Translations under genes and position numbers: made by a program
Shown here: one piece after another, positions 47,901 through 61,900 of the stretch
Layout of the letters: the number at the start of each line of letters is the position of its first letter
Numbering within the stretch: the stretch's first letter is position 1
Notes under the pieces: model-generated
Told to the model about the DNA's origin: nothing
What the model saw: the letters and a program-made list of their open reading frames with translations, nothing else
The model's database searches: none
Assembly: GCA_964016885.1 (NCBI GenBank)
Contig: OZ024743.1
Span: forward strand, 137,206,001-137,270,000
DNA: 64,000 nt
Reading direction: 5' to 3'
From: Eledone cirrhosa
Lineage: Eukaryota

Positions 47901-50170
47901 GCACCAAGCACCAAGCAGCAAACACCAAGCATCAAACACCAAACACCAAACACCAAGCACCAAACACCAAGCACCAAGCACCAAACACGAAACACCAAGC
48001 ACCAAGCACCAAGCACCAAACACCAAACACCAAGCACCAAACACCAGATACCAAACACCAAGCATCAAACACCAAACACCAAGCACCAAGCACCAAACAC
48101 CAAACAACAAGCACCAGGCACCAAGCCCCAAACACCAAACACCAAACACCAAGCACCAAGCACCAAACACCAAACACCAAGCACGCAGCATCAAACACCA
48201 AGCACCAAGCACCAAGCACCAAACACCAAGCACCAAGCACTAAACACCAATCACCAAACACAAAGCACCAAGCACCAAACACCAAGCACCAAGCACCAAA
48301 CACCAAGCACCAAGCACCAAACACCAAACCACAAGCACCAAACACCAAACACCAAACCCCAAGCACCAAGCACCAAACACTAATCACCAAGCACCAAGCA
48401 CCAAACAACAAGCACCAAGCACCAAGCACCAGGCACCAAGCACCAAGCACCAAACACTAATCACCAAGCACCAAGCACCAAGCACCAAACACCAAGCACC
48501 AAGCACCAAGCACCAAACACCAAGCACCAAGCACCAAACACCAAACACCAAGATCCAAAGACAGAGCACCAAGCACCAAGCACCAAGCACCAAACAATAA
48601 GCACCAAGCACCAAACACCAAGCACCAAGCACCAAACACCAACCACCCAGCACTAAGCACCAAGCACCAAACACCAAGCACCAAACACCAAACACCAAGC
48701 ACCAAGCACCAAGCACGAAGCACCAAACACCAAGCACCAAGCACTAAGCACCAAACACCAAGCCCCAAGCACCAAGCACCAAACACCAAACACCAAGCAC
48801 CAAGCACCAAACACCAAGCACCAAGCACCAAGCACCTAGCACCAAACACCAAGCAGCAAGCAGCAAGCACCAAAGACCAAACACCAAGCACCAAGCACCA
48901 AACACCAAGCACCAAGGACCAAACATCAAACACCAAGCACCAAGCACCAAAAACCTAACACCAAGCACCAAGCACCAAGCACCAAGCACCGAACACCAAG
49001 CACCAAACACCAAGCACCAAACACCAAGCACCAAGCACCAAACACCAAGCACCAAACAACAAGCACCAAGCACCAAGCACCAAACACCAAGCACCAGGCA
49101 CCAAGCACCAAACACCAAGCACCATGCACCAAGCACCAAGCCCCAAACACTTAACACCAAGCACCAAGCACGAAACACCAAGCACCAAAAACCAAACACC
49201 AAGCACCAACTACTAAACACCAAGCACCAAGCACCAAACACCAAGCACCAAGCACCAATCACCAAACACCAAGAACCAAGCACCAAACACCAAGCACCAA
49301 GGACCAAGCAACAGGCACCAAGCAGCAAGCACCAAACACAAAACACCAAGCACCAAGCACCAAGCAGCAAACACCAAGCATCAAACACCAAACACCAAAC
49401 ACCAAGCACCAAACACCAAGCACCAACCACCAAACACCAAATCCCAAGCACCAAGCACCAAGCACCAAACACCAAACACCAAGCACCAAACACCAAACAC
49501 CAAGCACCAAGCACCAAACACCAAACAACAAGCACCAGGCACCAAGCACCAAACACCAAACACCAAGCAAACAGCATCAAAGACCAAGCACCAAGCACCA
49601 AACACCAAACACCAAGCACCAAACACCAGCCCCCAAGCACCAATCACCAAACACCAAACACCAAGCACTAAGCACCAAACACCAAACAACAAGCAGCAGG
49701 CACCAAGCACCAAGCACCAAGCACCAAACACCAAGCACCAAGCAGCAAGCACCAAACACCAAGCACCAAGCACCAAGCACCAAGCACCAAGCACCAAACA
49801 CCAAGCACCAAGCACCAAACAGCAAGCACCAAACACCAAGCACCAAACACCAAGCACCAAACACCAAACACATAGCACCAAGCACCAAACACCAAACACC
49901 AAGCACCAAGCACCAAACACCAAGCACCAAGCACCAAGCCCCTAGCACCAAACACCAAACACCAAGCAAAAAGCACAAAACACCAAGCACCAATCACCAA
50001 ACACCAAACACCAAGCAGCAAGCAGCAAGCACCAAACACCAAACACCAACCACCAAGCACCAAATACCAAACACCAAGCACCAAGGACCAAACATCAAAC
50101 ACCAAGCACCAAGCACCAAACGCCTAACACCAAGCACCAAGCACCAAGCACCAAGCACCAAACACCAAAC
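42000..50170. repeat. Tandem higher-order repeat, ~5.0-kb period (second copy partial)
   Basis: ORF offsets: 42034/47065 and 42665/47696 (5031), 43374/48384 and 43916/48926 (5010), 44651/49668 (5017). Offsets differ by whole monomers. Confidence 0.85.
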
Positions 50171-51499
50171 CACAAGCACCAAACACCAAGCACGAAGCAC
50201 CAAACACCAAGCACCAAGCACTAAGCACCAAACACCAAGCCCCAAGCAGCAAGCACCAAACACCAAACACCAAGCACCAAGCACCAAACACCAAGCACCA
50301 AGCACCAAGCACCTAGCACCAAACACCAAGCAGCAAGCAGCAAGCACCAAAGACCAAACACCAAGCACCAAGCACCAAACACCAAGCACCTAGGACCAAA
50401 CATCAAACACCAAGCACCAAGCACCAAACACCTAACACCAAGCACCAAGCACCAAGCACCAAGCACCGAACACCAAGCACCAAACACCAAGCACCAAACA
50501 CCAAGCACCAAGCACCAAACACCAAGCACCAAACAACAAGCACCAAGCACCAAGCACCAAACACCAAGCACCATGCACCAAGCACCAAGCTCCAAACACT
50601 TAACACCAAGCACCAAGCACGAAACACCAAGCACCAAAAACCAAACACCAAGCACCAACTACTAAACACCAAGCACCAAGCACCAAACACCAAGCACCAA
50701 GCACCAATCACCAAACACCAAGAACCAAGCACCAAACACCAAGCACCAAGGACCAAGCAACAGGCACCAAGCACCAAGCACCAAACACAAAACACCAAGC
50801 ACCAAGCACCAAGCATCAAACACCAAGCATCAAACACCAAACACCAAACACCAAGCACCAAACACCAAGCACCAACCACCAAACACCAAACCCCAAGCAC
50901 CAACACCAAGCACCAAACACCAAACACCAAGCACCAAACACCAAACACCAAGCACCAAGCACCAAACACCAAACAACAAGCACCAGGCACCAAGCACCAA
51001 ACACCAAACACCAAGCAAACAGCATCAAAGACCAAGCACCAAGCACCAAACACCAAACACCAAGCACCAAACACCAGCCCCCAAGCACCAATCACCAAAC
51101 ACCAAACACCAAGCACTAAGCACCAAACACCAAACAACAAGCAGCAGGCACAAAGCACCAAGCACCAAGCACCAAACACCAAGCACCAAGCAGCAAGCAC
51201 GAAACACCAAGCACCAAGCACCAAGCACCAAGCACCAAGCACCAAACAGCAAGCACCAAGCACCAAACACCAAGCACCAAACACCAAGCACCAAACACCA
51301 AGCACCAAACACCAAACACATAGCACCAAGCACCAAACACCAAACACCAAGCACCAAGCACCAAACACCAAGCACCAAGCACCAAGCCCCTAGCACCAAA
51401 CACAAAACACCAAGCAAAAAGCACAAAACACCAAGCACCAATCACCAAACACCAAACACTAATCAGCAAGCAGCAAGCACCAAACACCAAACACCAAGC

Positions 51500-51880
51500 A
51501 CCAAGCACCAAATACCAAACACCAAGCACCAAGGACCAAACATCAAACACCAAGCACCAAGCACCAAACGCCTAACACCAAGCACCAAGTACCAAGCACC
51601 AAGCACAAAACACCAAGCACCAATCACCAAACACCAAGCACCAAGCACCAAACACCAAGCACCAGGCACCAAGCACCAAAAACCAAGCACCAAGCACCAA
51701 ATACCAAACACCAAGCACCAAGGACCAAACATCAAACACCAGGCACCAAGCACCAAACGCCTAACACCAAGCACCAAGTACCAAGCACCAAGCACAAAAC
51801 ACCAAGCACCAATCACCAAACACCAAGCACCAAGCACCAAACACCAAGCACCAGGCACCAAGCACCAAAAACCAAGCACC
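51500..51880. repeat. Local 189-bp (27-monomer) tandem duplication
   Basis: CGCCTAA marker at 51569 and 51758, with the same flanking variants (GACCAAA CATCAAA upstream; TACCAAG..CACAAAA..CACCAAT downstream). Confidence 0.8.
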
Positions 51881-52949
51881 AAACACAAAGCACCAAGCAC
51901 CAAACACCAAACCCCAAGCACCAAACACCAAACCTCAAGCACCAAGCACCAAACACTAATCACCAAGCACCAAGCACCAAACAACAAGCACAAAGCACCA
52001 AGCACCAGGCACCAAGCACCAAGCACCAAACACTAATCACCAAGCACCAAGCACCAAGCACCACACAATAAGCACCAAGCACCAAACACCAAGCACCAAG
52101 CACCAAACACCAACCACCCAGCACCAAGCACCAAACACCAAGCACCAAACACCAAACACCAAACACCAACCACCAAGCACATAACACCAAACACCAAGCA
52201 CCAAGCACTAAGCACCAAACACCAAGCCCCAAGCACCAAGCACCAAATACCAAACACCAAGTACCAAGCACCAAACACCAAGCACCAAGCACCAAGCACC
52301 TAGCACCAAACACCAAACACAAAGCACCAAGCACCAAACACCAAGCACCAATCACCAAGCACCAAACACCAAGCAGCAAGCAGCAAGCACCAAACACCAA
52401 ACACCAAGAACCAAGCACCAAGCACCAAGCACCGAACACCAAGCACATTACACAAAGCACCAAACACCAAGCACCAAGTACCAAACACCAAGCACCAAAC
52501 ACCAAGCACCAAGAACCAAGCAGCAAACACCAAGCACCAGGCACCAAGAACAAACACCAAGCACCATGCACCAAGCACCAAGCCCCAAACACTTAAAACC
52601 AAGCACCAAGCACCAAGCACCAAACTCCAATCACCAAAAACCAAACACCAAGCACCAAGTACCAAACACCAAGCACCAAGCACCAAACACCAAGCACCAA
52701 GCACCAATCACCAAACACCAAGAACCAAGCACCAAACACCAAGCACCAAGCACCAAGCACCAGGCACCAAGCACCAAGCACCAAACACAAAACACCAAGC
52801 ACCAAGCAACAAGCAGCAAACACCAAGCATCAAACACCAAACACCAAACACCAAGCACCAAACACCAAGCACCAAGCAACAAACACCAAACACCAAGCAC
52901 CAATCACCAAGCACCAAACACCAAACACCAAGCACCAAACATCAGATAC

Positions 52950-55900
52950 CAAGCACCAAGCACCAAACACCAAACACCAAGCATCAAGCACCAAACACCA
53001 AACAACAAGCACCAGGCACCAAGCACCAAACACCAAACACCAAGCACCAAGCACCAAACACCAAACACCAAGCATGCAGCATCAAACACCAAGCACCAAG
53101 CACCAAGCACCAAACACCAAGCACCAAGCACCAAACACCAACCACCAAACACAAAGCACCAAGCTCCAAACACCAAGTACCAAGCACCAAACACCAAATA
53201 CCAAGCACCAAACACCAAACCACAAGCACCAAACACCAAACCCCAAGCACCAAGCACCAAACACTAATCACCAAGCACCAAGCACCAAACAACAAGCACC
53301 AAGCACCAAGCACCAGGCACCAAGCACCAAGCACCAAACACTAATCACCAAGCACCAAGCACCAAGCACCAAACACAAAGCACCAAGCACCAAGCACCAA
53401 ACACCAAGCACAAAGCACCAAACACCAAACACCAAGATCCAAAGACCAAGCACCAAGCACGAAGCACCAAGCACCAAACAATAAGCACCAAGCACCAAAC
53501 ACCAAGCACCAAGCACCAAACACCAACCACCCAGCACCAAGCACCAAGCACCAAACACCAAGCACCAAACACCAAACACCAAGCACCAAGCACCAAGCGC
53601 CAAGCACCAAACACCAAGCACCAAGCACTAAGCACCAAACACCAAGCTCCAAGCAGCAAGCACCAAACACCAAACACCAAGCACCAAGCACCTAGCACCA
53701 AACACCAAACACCAAGCACCAAGCACCAAACACCAAGCACCAATCACCAAGCACCAAACACCAAGCAGCAAGCAGCAAGCACCAAACACCAAACACGAAG
53801 CACCAAGCACCAAACACCAAGCACCAAGGACCAAACATCAAACACCAAGCACCAAGCACCAAACACCAAACACCAAGCACCAAACACCAAATACCAAACA
53901 CCAAGCACCAAGGACCAAACATCAAACACCAAGCACCAAGCACCAAACACCTAACACCAAGCACCAAGTACCAAGCACCAAGCACCAAACACCAAGCACC
54001 AATCACCAAACACCAAGCACCAAGCACCAAACACCAAGCACCAGGCACCAAGCACCAAAAACCAAGCACCAAGCACCAAACACCAAGCACCAAACACAAA
54101 GCACCAAGCACCAAACACCAAACCCCAAGCACCAAACACCAAACCTCAAGCACCAAGCACCAAACACTAATCACCAAGCACCAAGCACCAAACAACAAGC
54201 ACAAAGCACCAAGCACCAGGCACCAAGCACCAAGCACCAAACACTAATCACCAAGCACCAAGCACCAAGCACCACACAATAAGCACCAAGCACCAAACAC
54301 CAAGCACCAAGCACCAAACACCAACCACCCAGCACCAAGCACCAAACACCAAGCACCAAACACCAAACACCAAACACCAACCACCAAGCACTAAGCACCA
54401 AACACCAAGCACCAAGCACTAAGCACCAAACACCAAGCCCCAAGCACCAAGCACCAAATACCAAACACCAAGTACCAAGCACCAAACACCAAGCACCAAG
54501 CACCAAGCACCTAGCACCAAACACCAAACACCAAGCCCCAAGCACCAAACACCAAGCACCAATCACCAAGCACCAAACACCAAGCAGCAAGCAGCAAGCA
54601 CCAAACACCAAACACCAAGAACCAAGCACCAAGCACCAAGCACCGAACACCAAGCACATTACACAAAGCACCAAACACCAAGCACCAAGTACCAAACACC
54701 AAGCACCAAACACCAAGCACCAAGAACCAAGCAGCAAACACCAAGCACCAGGCACCAAGCACCAAACACCAAGCACCATGCACCAAGCACCAAGCCCCAA
54801 ACACTTAAAACCAAGCACCAAGCACCAAGCACCAAACTCCAATCACCAAAAACCAAACACCAAGCACCAAGTACCAAACACCAAGCACCAAGCACCAAAC
54901 ACCAAGCACCAAGCACCAATCACCAAACACCAAGAACCAAGCACCAAACACCAAGCACCAAGCACCAAGCACCAGGCACCAAGCACCAAGCACCAAACAC
55001 AAAACACCAAGCACCAAGCACCAAGCAGCAAACACCAAGCATCAAACACCAAACACCAAACACCAAGCACCAAACACCAAGCACCAAGTACCAAACACCA
55101 AACACCAAGCCCCAAGCACCAAGCACCAAATACCAAACACCAAGTACCAAGCACCAAACACCAAGCACCAAGCACCAAGCACCTAGCACCAAACACCAAA
55201 CACAAAGCACCAAGCACCAAACACCAAGCACCAATCACCAAGCACCAAACACCAAGCTGCAAGCAGCAAGCACCAAACACCAAACACCAAGAACCAAGCA
55301 CCAAGCACCAAGCACCGAACACCAAGCACATTACACAAAGCACCAAACACCAAGCACCAAGTACCAAACACCAAGCACCAAACACCAAGCACCAAGAACC
55401 AAGCAGCAAACACCAAGCACCAGGCACCAAGCACCAAACACCAAGCACCATGCACCAAGCACCAAGCCCCAAACACTTAAAACCAAGCACCAAGCACCAA
55501 GCACCAAACTCCAATCACCAAAAACCAAACACCAAGCACCAAGTACCAAACACCAAGCACCAAGCACCAAACACCAAGCACCAAGCACCAATCACCAAAC
55601 ACCAAGAACCAAGCACCAAACACCAAGCACCAAGCACCAAGCACCAGGCACCAAGCACCAAGCACCAAACACAAAACACCAAGCACCAAGCACCAAGCAG
55701 CAAACACCAAGCATCAAACACCAAACACCAAACACCAAGCACCAAACACCAAGCACCAAGCACCAAACACCAAACACCAAGCACCAAGCACCAAGCACCA
55801 AACACCAAACACCAAGCACCAAACATCAGATACCAATCACCAAGCACCAAACACCAAACACCAAGCATCAAGCACCAAACACCAAACAACAAGCACCAGG

Positions 55901-58900
55901 CACCAAGCACCAAACACCAAACACCAAGCACCAAGCACCAAACACCAAACACCAAGCATGCAGCATCAAACACCAAGCACCAAGCACCAAGCACCAAACA
56001 CCAAGCACCAAGCACCAAACACCAACCACCAAACACAAAGCACCAAGCACCAAACACCAAGTACCAAGCACCAAACACCAAACACCAAGCACCAAACACC
56101 AAACCACAAGCACCAAACACCAAACCCCAAGCACCAAGCACCAAACACTAATCACCAAGCACCAAGCACCAAACAACAAGCACCAAGCACCAAGCACCAG
56201 GCACCAAGCACCAAGCACCAAACACTAATCACCAAGCACCAAGCACCAAGCACGAAGCACCAAGCACAAAGCACCAAACACCAAACACCAAGATCCAAAG
56301 ACCAAGCACCAAGCACGAAGCACCAAGCACCAAACAATAAGCACCAAGCACCAAACACCAAGCACCAAGCACCAAACACCAACCACCCAGCACCAAGCAC
56401 CAAGCACCAAACACCAAGCACCAAACACCAAACACCAAGCACCAAGGACCAAACATCAAACACCAAGCACCAAGCACCAAACACCTAACACCAAGCACCA
56501 AGTACCAAGCACCAAGCACCAAACACCAAGCACCAATCACCAAACACCAAGCACCAAGCACCAAACACCAAGCACCAGGCACCAAGCACCAAAAACCAAG
56601 CACCAAGCACCAAACACCAAGCACCAAACACAAAGCACCAAGCACCAAACACCAAACCCCAAGCACCAAACACCAAACCTCAAGCACCAAGCACCAAACA
56701 CTAATCACCAAGCACCAAGCACCAAACAACAAGCACAAAGCACCAAGCACCAGGCACCAAGCACCAAGCACCAAACACTAATCACCAAGCACCAAGCACC
56801 AAGCACCACACAATAAGCACCAAGCACCAAACACCAAGCACCAAGCACCAAACACCAACCACCCAGCACCAAGCACCAAACACCAAGCACCAAACACCAA
56901 ACACCAAACACCAACCACCAAGCACTAAGCACCAAACACCAAGCACCAAGCACTAAGCACCAAACACCAAACACCAAGCACCAAGCACCAAACACCAAGC
57001 ACCAATCACCAAGCACCAAACACCAAGCAGCAAGCAGCAAGCACCAAACACCAAACACCAAGAACCAAGCACCAAGCACCAAGCACCGAACACCAAGCAC
57101 ATTACACAAAGCACCAAACACCAAGCACCAAGTACCAAACACCAAGCACCAAGAACCAAGCAGCAAACACCAAGCACCAGGCACCAAGCACCAAACACCA
57201 AGCACCATGCACCAAGCACCAAGCCCCAAACACTTATAACCAAGCACCAAGCACCAAGCACCAAACTCCAATCACCAAAAACCAAACACCAAGCACCAAG
57301 TACCAAACACCAAGCACCAAGCACCAAACACCAAGCACCAAGCACCAATCACCAAACACCAAGAACCAAGCACCAAACACCAAGCACCAAGCACCAAGCA
57401 GCAGGCACCAAGCACCAAGCACCAAACACAAAACACCAAGCACCAAGCACCAAGCAGCAAACACCAAGCATCAAACACCAAACACCAAACACCAAGCACC
57501 AAACACCAAGCACCAAGCACCAAACACCAAACACCAAGCACCAAGCACCAAGCACCAAACACCAAACACCAAGCACCAAACATCAGATACCAAGCACCAA
57601 GCACCAAACACCAAACACCAAGCATCAAGCACCAAACACCAAACAACAAGCACCAGGCACCAAGCACCAAACACCAAACACCAAGCACCAAGCACCAAAC
57701 ACCAAACACCAAGCATGCAGCATCAAACACCAAGCACCAAGCACCAAGCACCAAACACCAAGCACCAAGCACCAAACACCAACCACCAAACACAAAGCAC
57801 CAAGCACCAAACACCAAGTACCAAGCACCAAACACCAAACACCAAGCACCAAACACCAAACCACAAGCACCAAACACCAAGCACCAGGCACCAAGCACCA
57901 AGCACCAAACACCAAACACCAAGCATCAAGCACCAAACACCAAACAACAAGCACCAGGCACCAAGCACCAAACACCAAACACCAAGCACCAAGCACCAAA
58001 CACCAAACACCAAGCATGCAGCATCAAACACCAAGCACCAAGCACCAAGCACCAAACACCAAGCACCAAGCACCAAACACCAACCACCAAACACAAAGCA
58101 CCAAGCTCCAAACACCAAGTACCAAGCACCAAACACCAAATACCAAGCACCAAACACCAAACCACAAGCACCAAACACCAAACCCCAAGCACCAAGCACC
58201 AAACACTAATCACCAAGCACCAAGCACAAACAACAAGCACCAAGCACCAAGCACCAGGCACCAAGCACCAAGCACCAAACACTAATCACCAAGCACCAAG
58301 CACCAAGCACCAAACACAAAGCACCAAGCACCAAGCACCAAACACCAAGCACAAAGCACCAAACACCAAACACCAAGATCCAAAGACCAAGCACCAAGCA
58401 CGAAGCACCAAGCACCAAACAATAAGCACCAAGCACCAAACACCAAGCACCAAGCACCAAACACCAACCACCCAGCACCAAGCACCAAGCACCAAACACC
58501 AAGCACCAAACACCAAACACCAAGCACCAAGCACCAAGCGCCAAGCACCAAACACCAAGCACCAAGCACTAAGCACCAAACACCAAGCTCCAAGCAGCAA
58601 GCACCAAACACCAAACACCAAGCACCAAGCACCTAGCACCAAACACCAAACACCAAGCACCACGCACCAAACACCAAGCACCAAGGACCAAACATCAAAC
58701 ACCAAGCACCAAGCACCAAACACCAAACACCAAGCACCAAACACCAAATACCAAACACCAAGCACCAAGGACCAAACATCAAACACCAAGCACCAAGCAC
58801 CAAACACCTAACACCAAGCACCAAGTACCAAGCACCAAGCACCAAACACCAAGCACCAATCACCAAACACCAAGCACCAAGCACCAAACACCAAGCACCA

Positions 58901-61900
58901 GGCACCAAGCACCAAAAACCAAGCACCAAGCACCAAACACCAAGCACCAAACACAAAGCACCAAGCACCAAACACCAAACCCCAAGCACCAAACACCAAA
59001 CCTCAAGCACCAAGCACCAAACACTAATCACCAAGCACCAAGCACCAAACAACAAGCACAAAGCACCAAGCACCAGGCACCAAGCACCAAGCACCAAACA
59101 CTAATCACCAAGCACCAAGCACCAAGCACCACACAATAAGCACCAAGCACCAAACACCAAGCACCAAGCACCAAACACCAACCACCCAGCACCAAGCACC
59201 AAACACCAAGCACCAAACACCAAACACCAAACACCAACCACCAAGCACTAAGCACCAAACACCAAGCACCAAGCACTAAGCACCAAACACCAAGCCCCAA
59301 GCACCAAGCACCAAATACCAAACACCAACCACCAAGCACTAAGCACCAAACACCAAGCACCAAGCACTAAGCACCAAACACCAAACACCAAGCACCAAGC
59401 ACCAAACACCAAGCACCAATCACCAAGCACCAAACACCAAGCAGCAAGCAGCAAGCACCAAACACCAAACACCAAGAACCAAGCACCAAGCACCAAGCAC
59501 CGAACACCAAGCACATTACACAAAGCACCAAACACCAAGCACCAAGTACCAAACACCAAGCACCAAACACCAAGCACCAAGAACCAAGCAGCAAACACCA
59601 AGCACCAGGCACCAAGCACCAAACACCAAGCACCATGCACCAAGCACCAAGCCCCAAACACTTATAACCAAGCACCAAGCACCAAGCACCAAACTCCAAT
59701 CACCAAAAACCAAACACCAAGCACCAAGTACCAAACACCAAGCACCAAGCACCAAACACCAAGCACCAAGCACCAATCACCAAACACCAAGAACCAAGCA
59801 CCAAACACCAAGCACCAAGCACCAAGCAGCAGGCACCAAGCACCAAGCACCAAACACAAAACACCAAGCACCAAGCACCAAGCAGCAAACACCAAGCATC
59901 AAACACCAAACACCAAACACCAAGCACCAAACACCAAGCACCAAGCACCAAACACCAAACACCAAGCACCAAGCACCAAGCACCAAACACCAAACACCAA
60001 GCACCAAACATCAGATACCAAGCACCAAGCACCAAACACCAAACACCAAGCATCAAGCACCAAACACCAAACAACAAGCACCAGGCACCAAGCACCAAAC
60101 ACCAAACACCAAGCACCAAGCACCAAACACCAAACACCAAGCATGCAGCATCAAACACCAAGCACCAAGCACCAAGCACCAAACACCAAGCACCAAGCAC
60201 CAAACACCAACCACCAAACACAAAGCACCAAGCACCAAACACCAAGTACCAAGCACCAAACACCAAACACCAAGCACCAAACACCAAACCACAAGCACCA
60301 AACACCAAGCACCAGGCACCAAGCACCAAGCACCAAACACCAAACACCAAGCATCAAGCACCAAACACCAAACAACAAGCACCAGGCACCAAGCACCAAA
60401 CACCAAACACCAAGCACCAAGCACCAAACACCAAACACCAAGCATGCAGCATCAAACACCAAGCACCAAGCACCAAGCACCAAACACCAAGCACCAAGCA
60501 CCAAACACCAACCACCAAACACAAAGCACCAAGCTCCAAACACCAAGTACCAAGCACCAAACACCAAATACCAAGCACCAAACACCAAACCACAAGCACC
60601 AAACACCAAACCCCAAGCACCAAGCACCAAACACTAATCACCAAGCACCAAGCACCAAACAACAAGCACCAAGCACCAAGCACCAGGCACCAAGCACCAA
60701 GCACCAAACACTAATCACCAAGCACCAAGCACCAAGCACCAAACACAAAGCACCAAGCACCAAGCACCAAACACCAAGCACAAAGCACCAAACACCAAAC
60801 ACCAAGATCCAAAGACCAAGCACCAAGCACGAAGCACCAAGCACCAAACAATAAGCACCAAGCACCAAACACCAAGCACCAAGCACCAAACACCAACCAC
60901 CCAGCACCAAGCACCAAGCACCAAACACCAAGCACCAAACACCAAACACCAAGCACCAAGCACCAAGCGCCAAGCACCAAACACCAAGCACCAAGCACTA
61001 AGCACCAAACACCAAGCTCCAAGCAGCAAGCACCAAACACCAAACACCAAGCACCAAGCACCTAGCACCAAACACCAAACACCAAGCACCACGCACCAAA
61101 CACCAAGCACCAATCACCAAGCACCAAACACCAAGCAGCAAGCAGCAAGCACCAAACACCAAACACGAAGCACCAAGCACCAAACACCAAGCACCAAGGA
61201 CCAAACATCAAACACCAAGCACCAAGCACCAAACACCAAACACCAAGCACCAAACACCAAATACCAAACACCAAGCACCAAGGACCAAACATCAAACACC
61301 AAGCACCAAGCACCAAACACCTAACACCAAGCACCAAGTACCAAGCACCAAGCACCAAACACCAAGCACCAATCACCAAACACCAAGCACCAAGCACCAA
61401 ACACCAAGCACCAGGCACCAAGCACCAAAAACCAAGCACCAAGCACCAAACACCAAGCACCAAACACAAAGCACCAAGCACCAAACACCAAACCCCAAGC
61501 ACCAAACACCAAACCTCAAGCACCAAGCACCAAACACTAATCACCAAGCACCAAGCACCAAACAACAAGCACAAAGCACCAAGCACCAGGCACCAAGCAC
61601 CAAGCACCAAACACTAATCACCAAGCACCAAGCACCAAGCACCACACAATAAGCACCAAGCACCAAACACCAAGCACCAAGCACCAAACACCAACCACCC
61701 AGCACCAAGCACCAAACACCAAGCACCAAACACCAAACACCAAACACCAACCACCAAGCACTAAGCACCAAACACCAAGCACCAAGCACTAAGCACCAAA
61801 CACCAAGCCCCAAGCACCAAGCACCAAATACCAAACACCAAGTACCAAGCACCAAACACCAAGCACCAAGCACCAAGCACCTAGCACCAAACACCAAACA

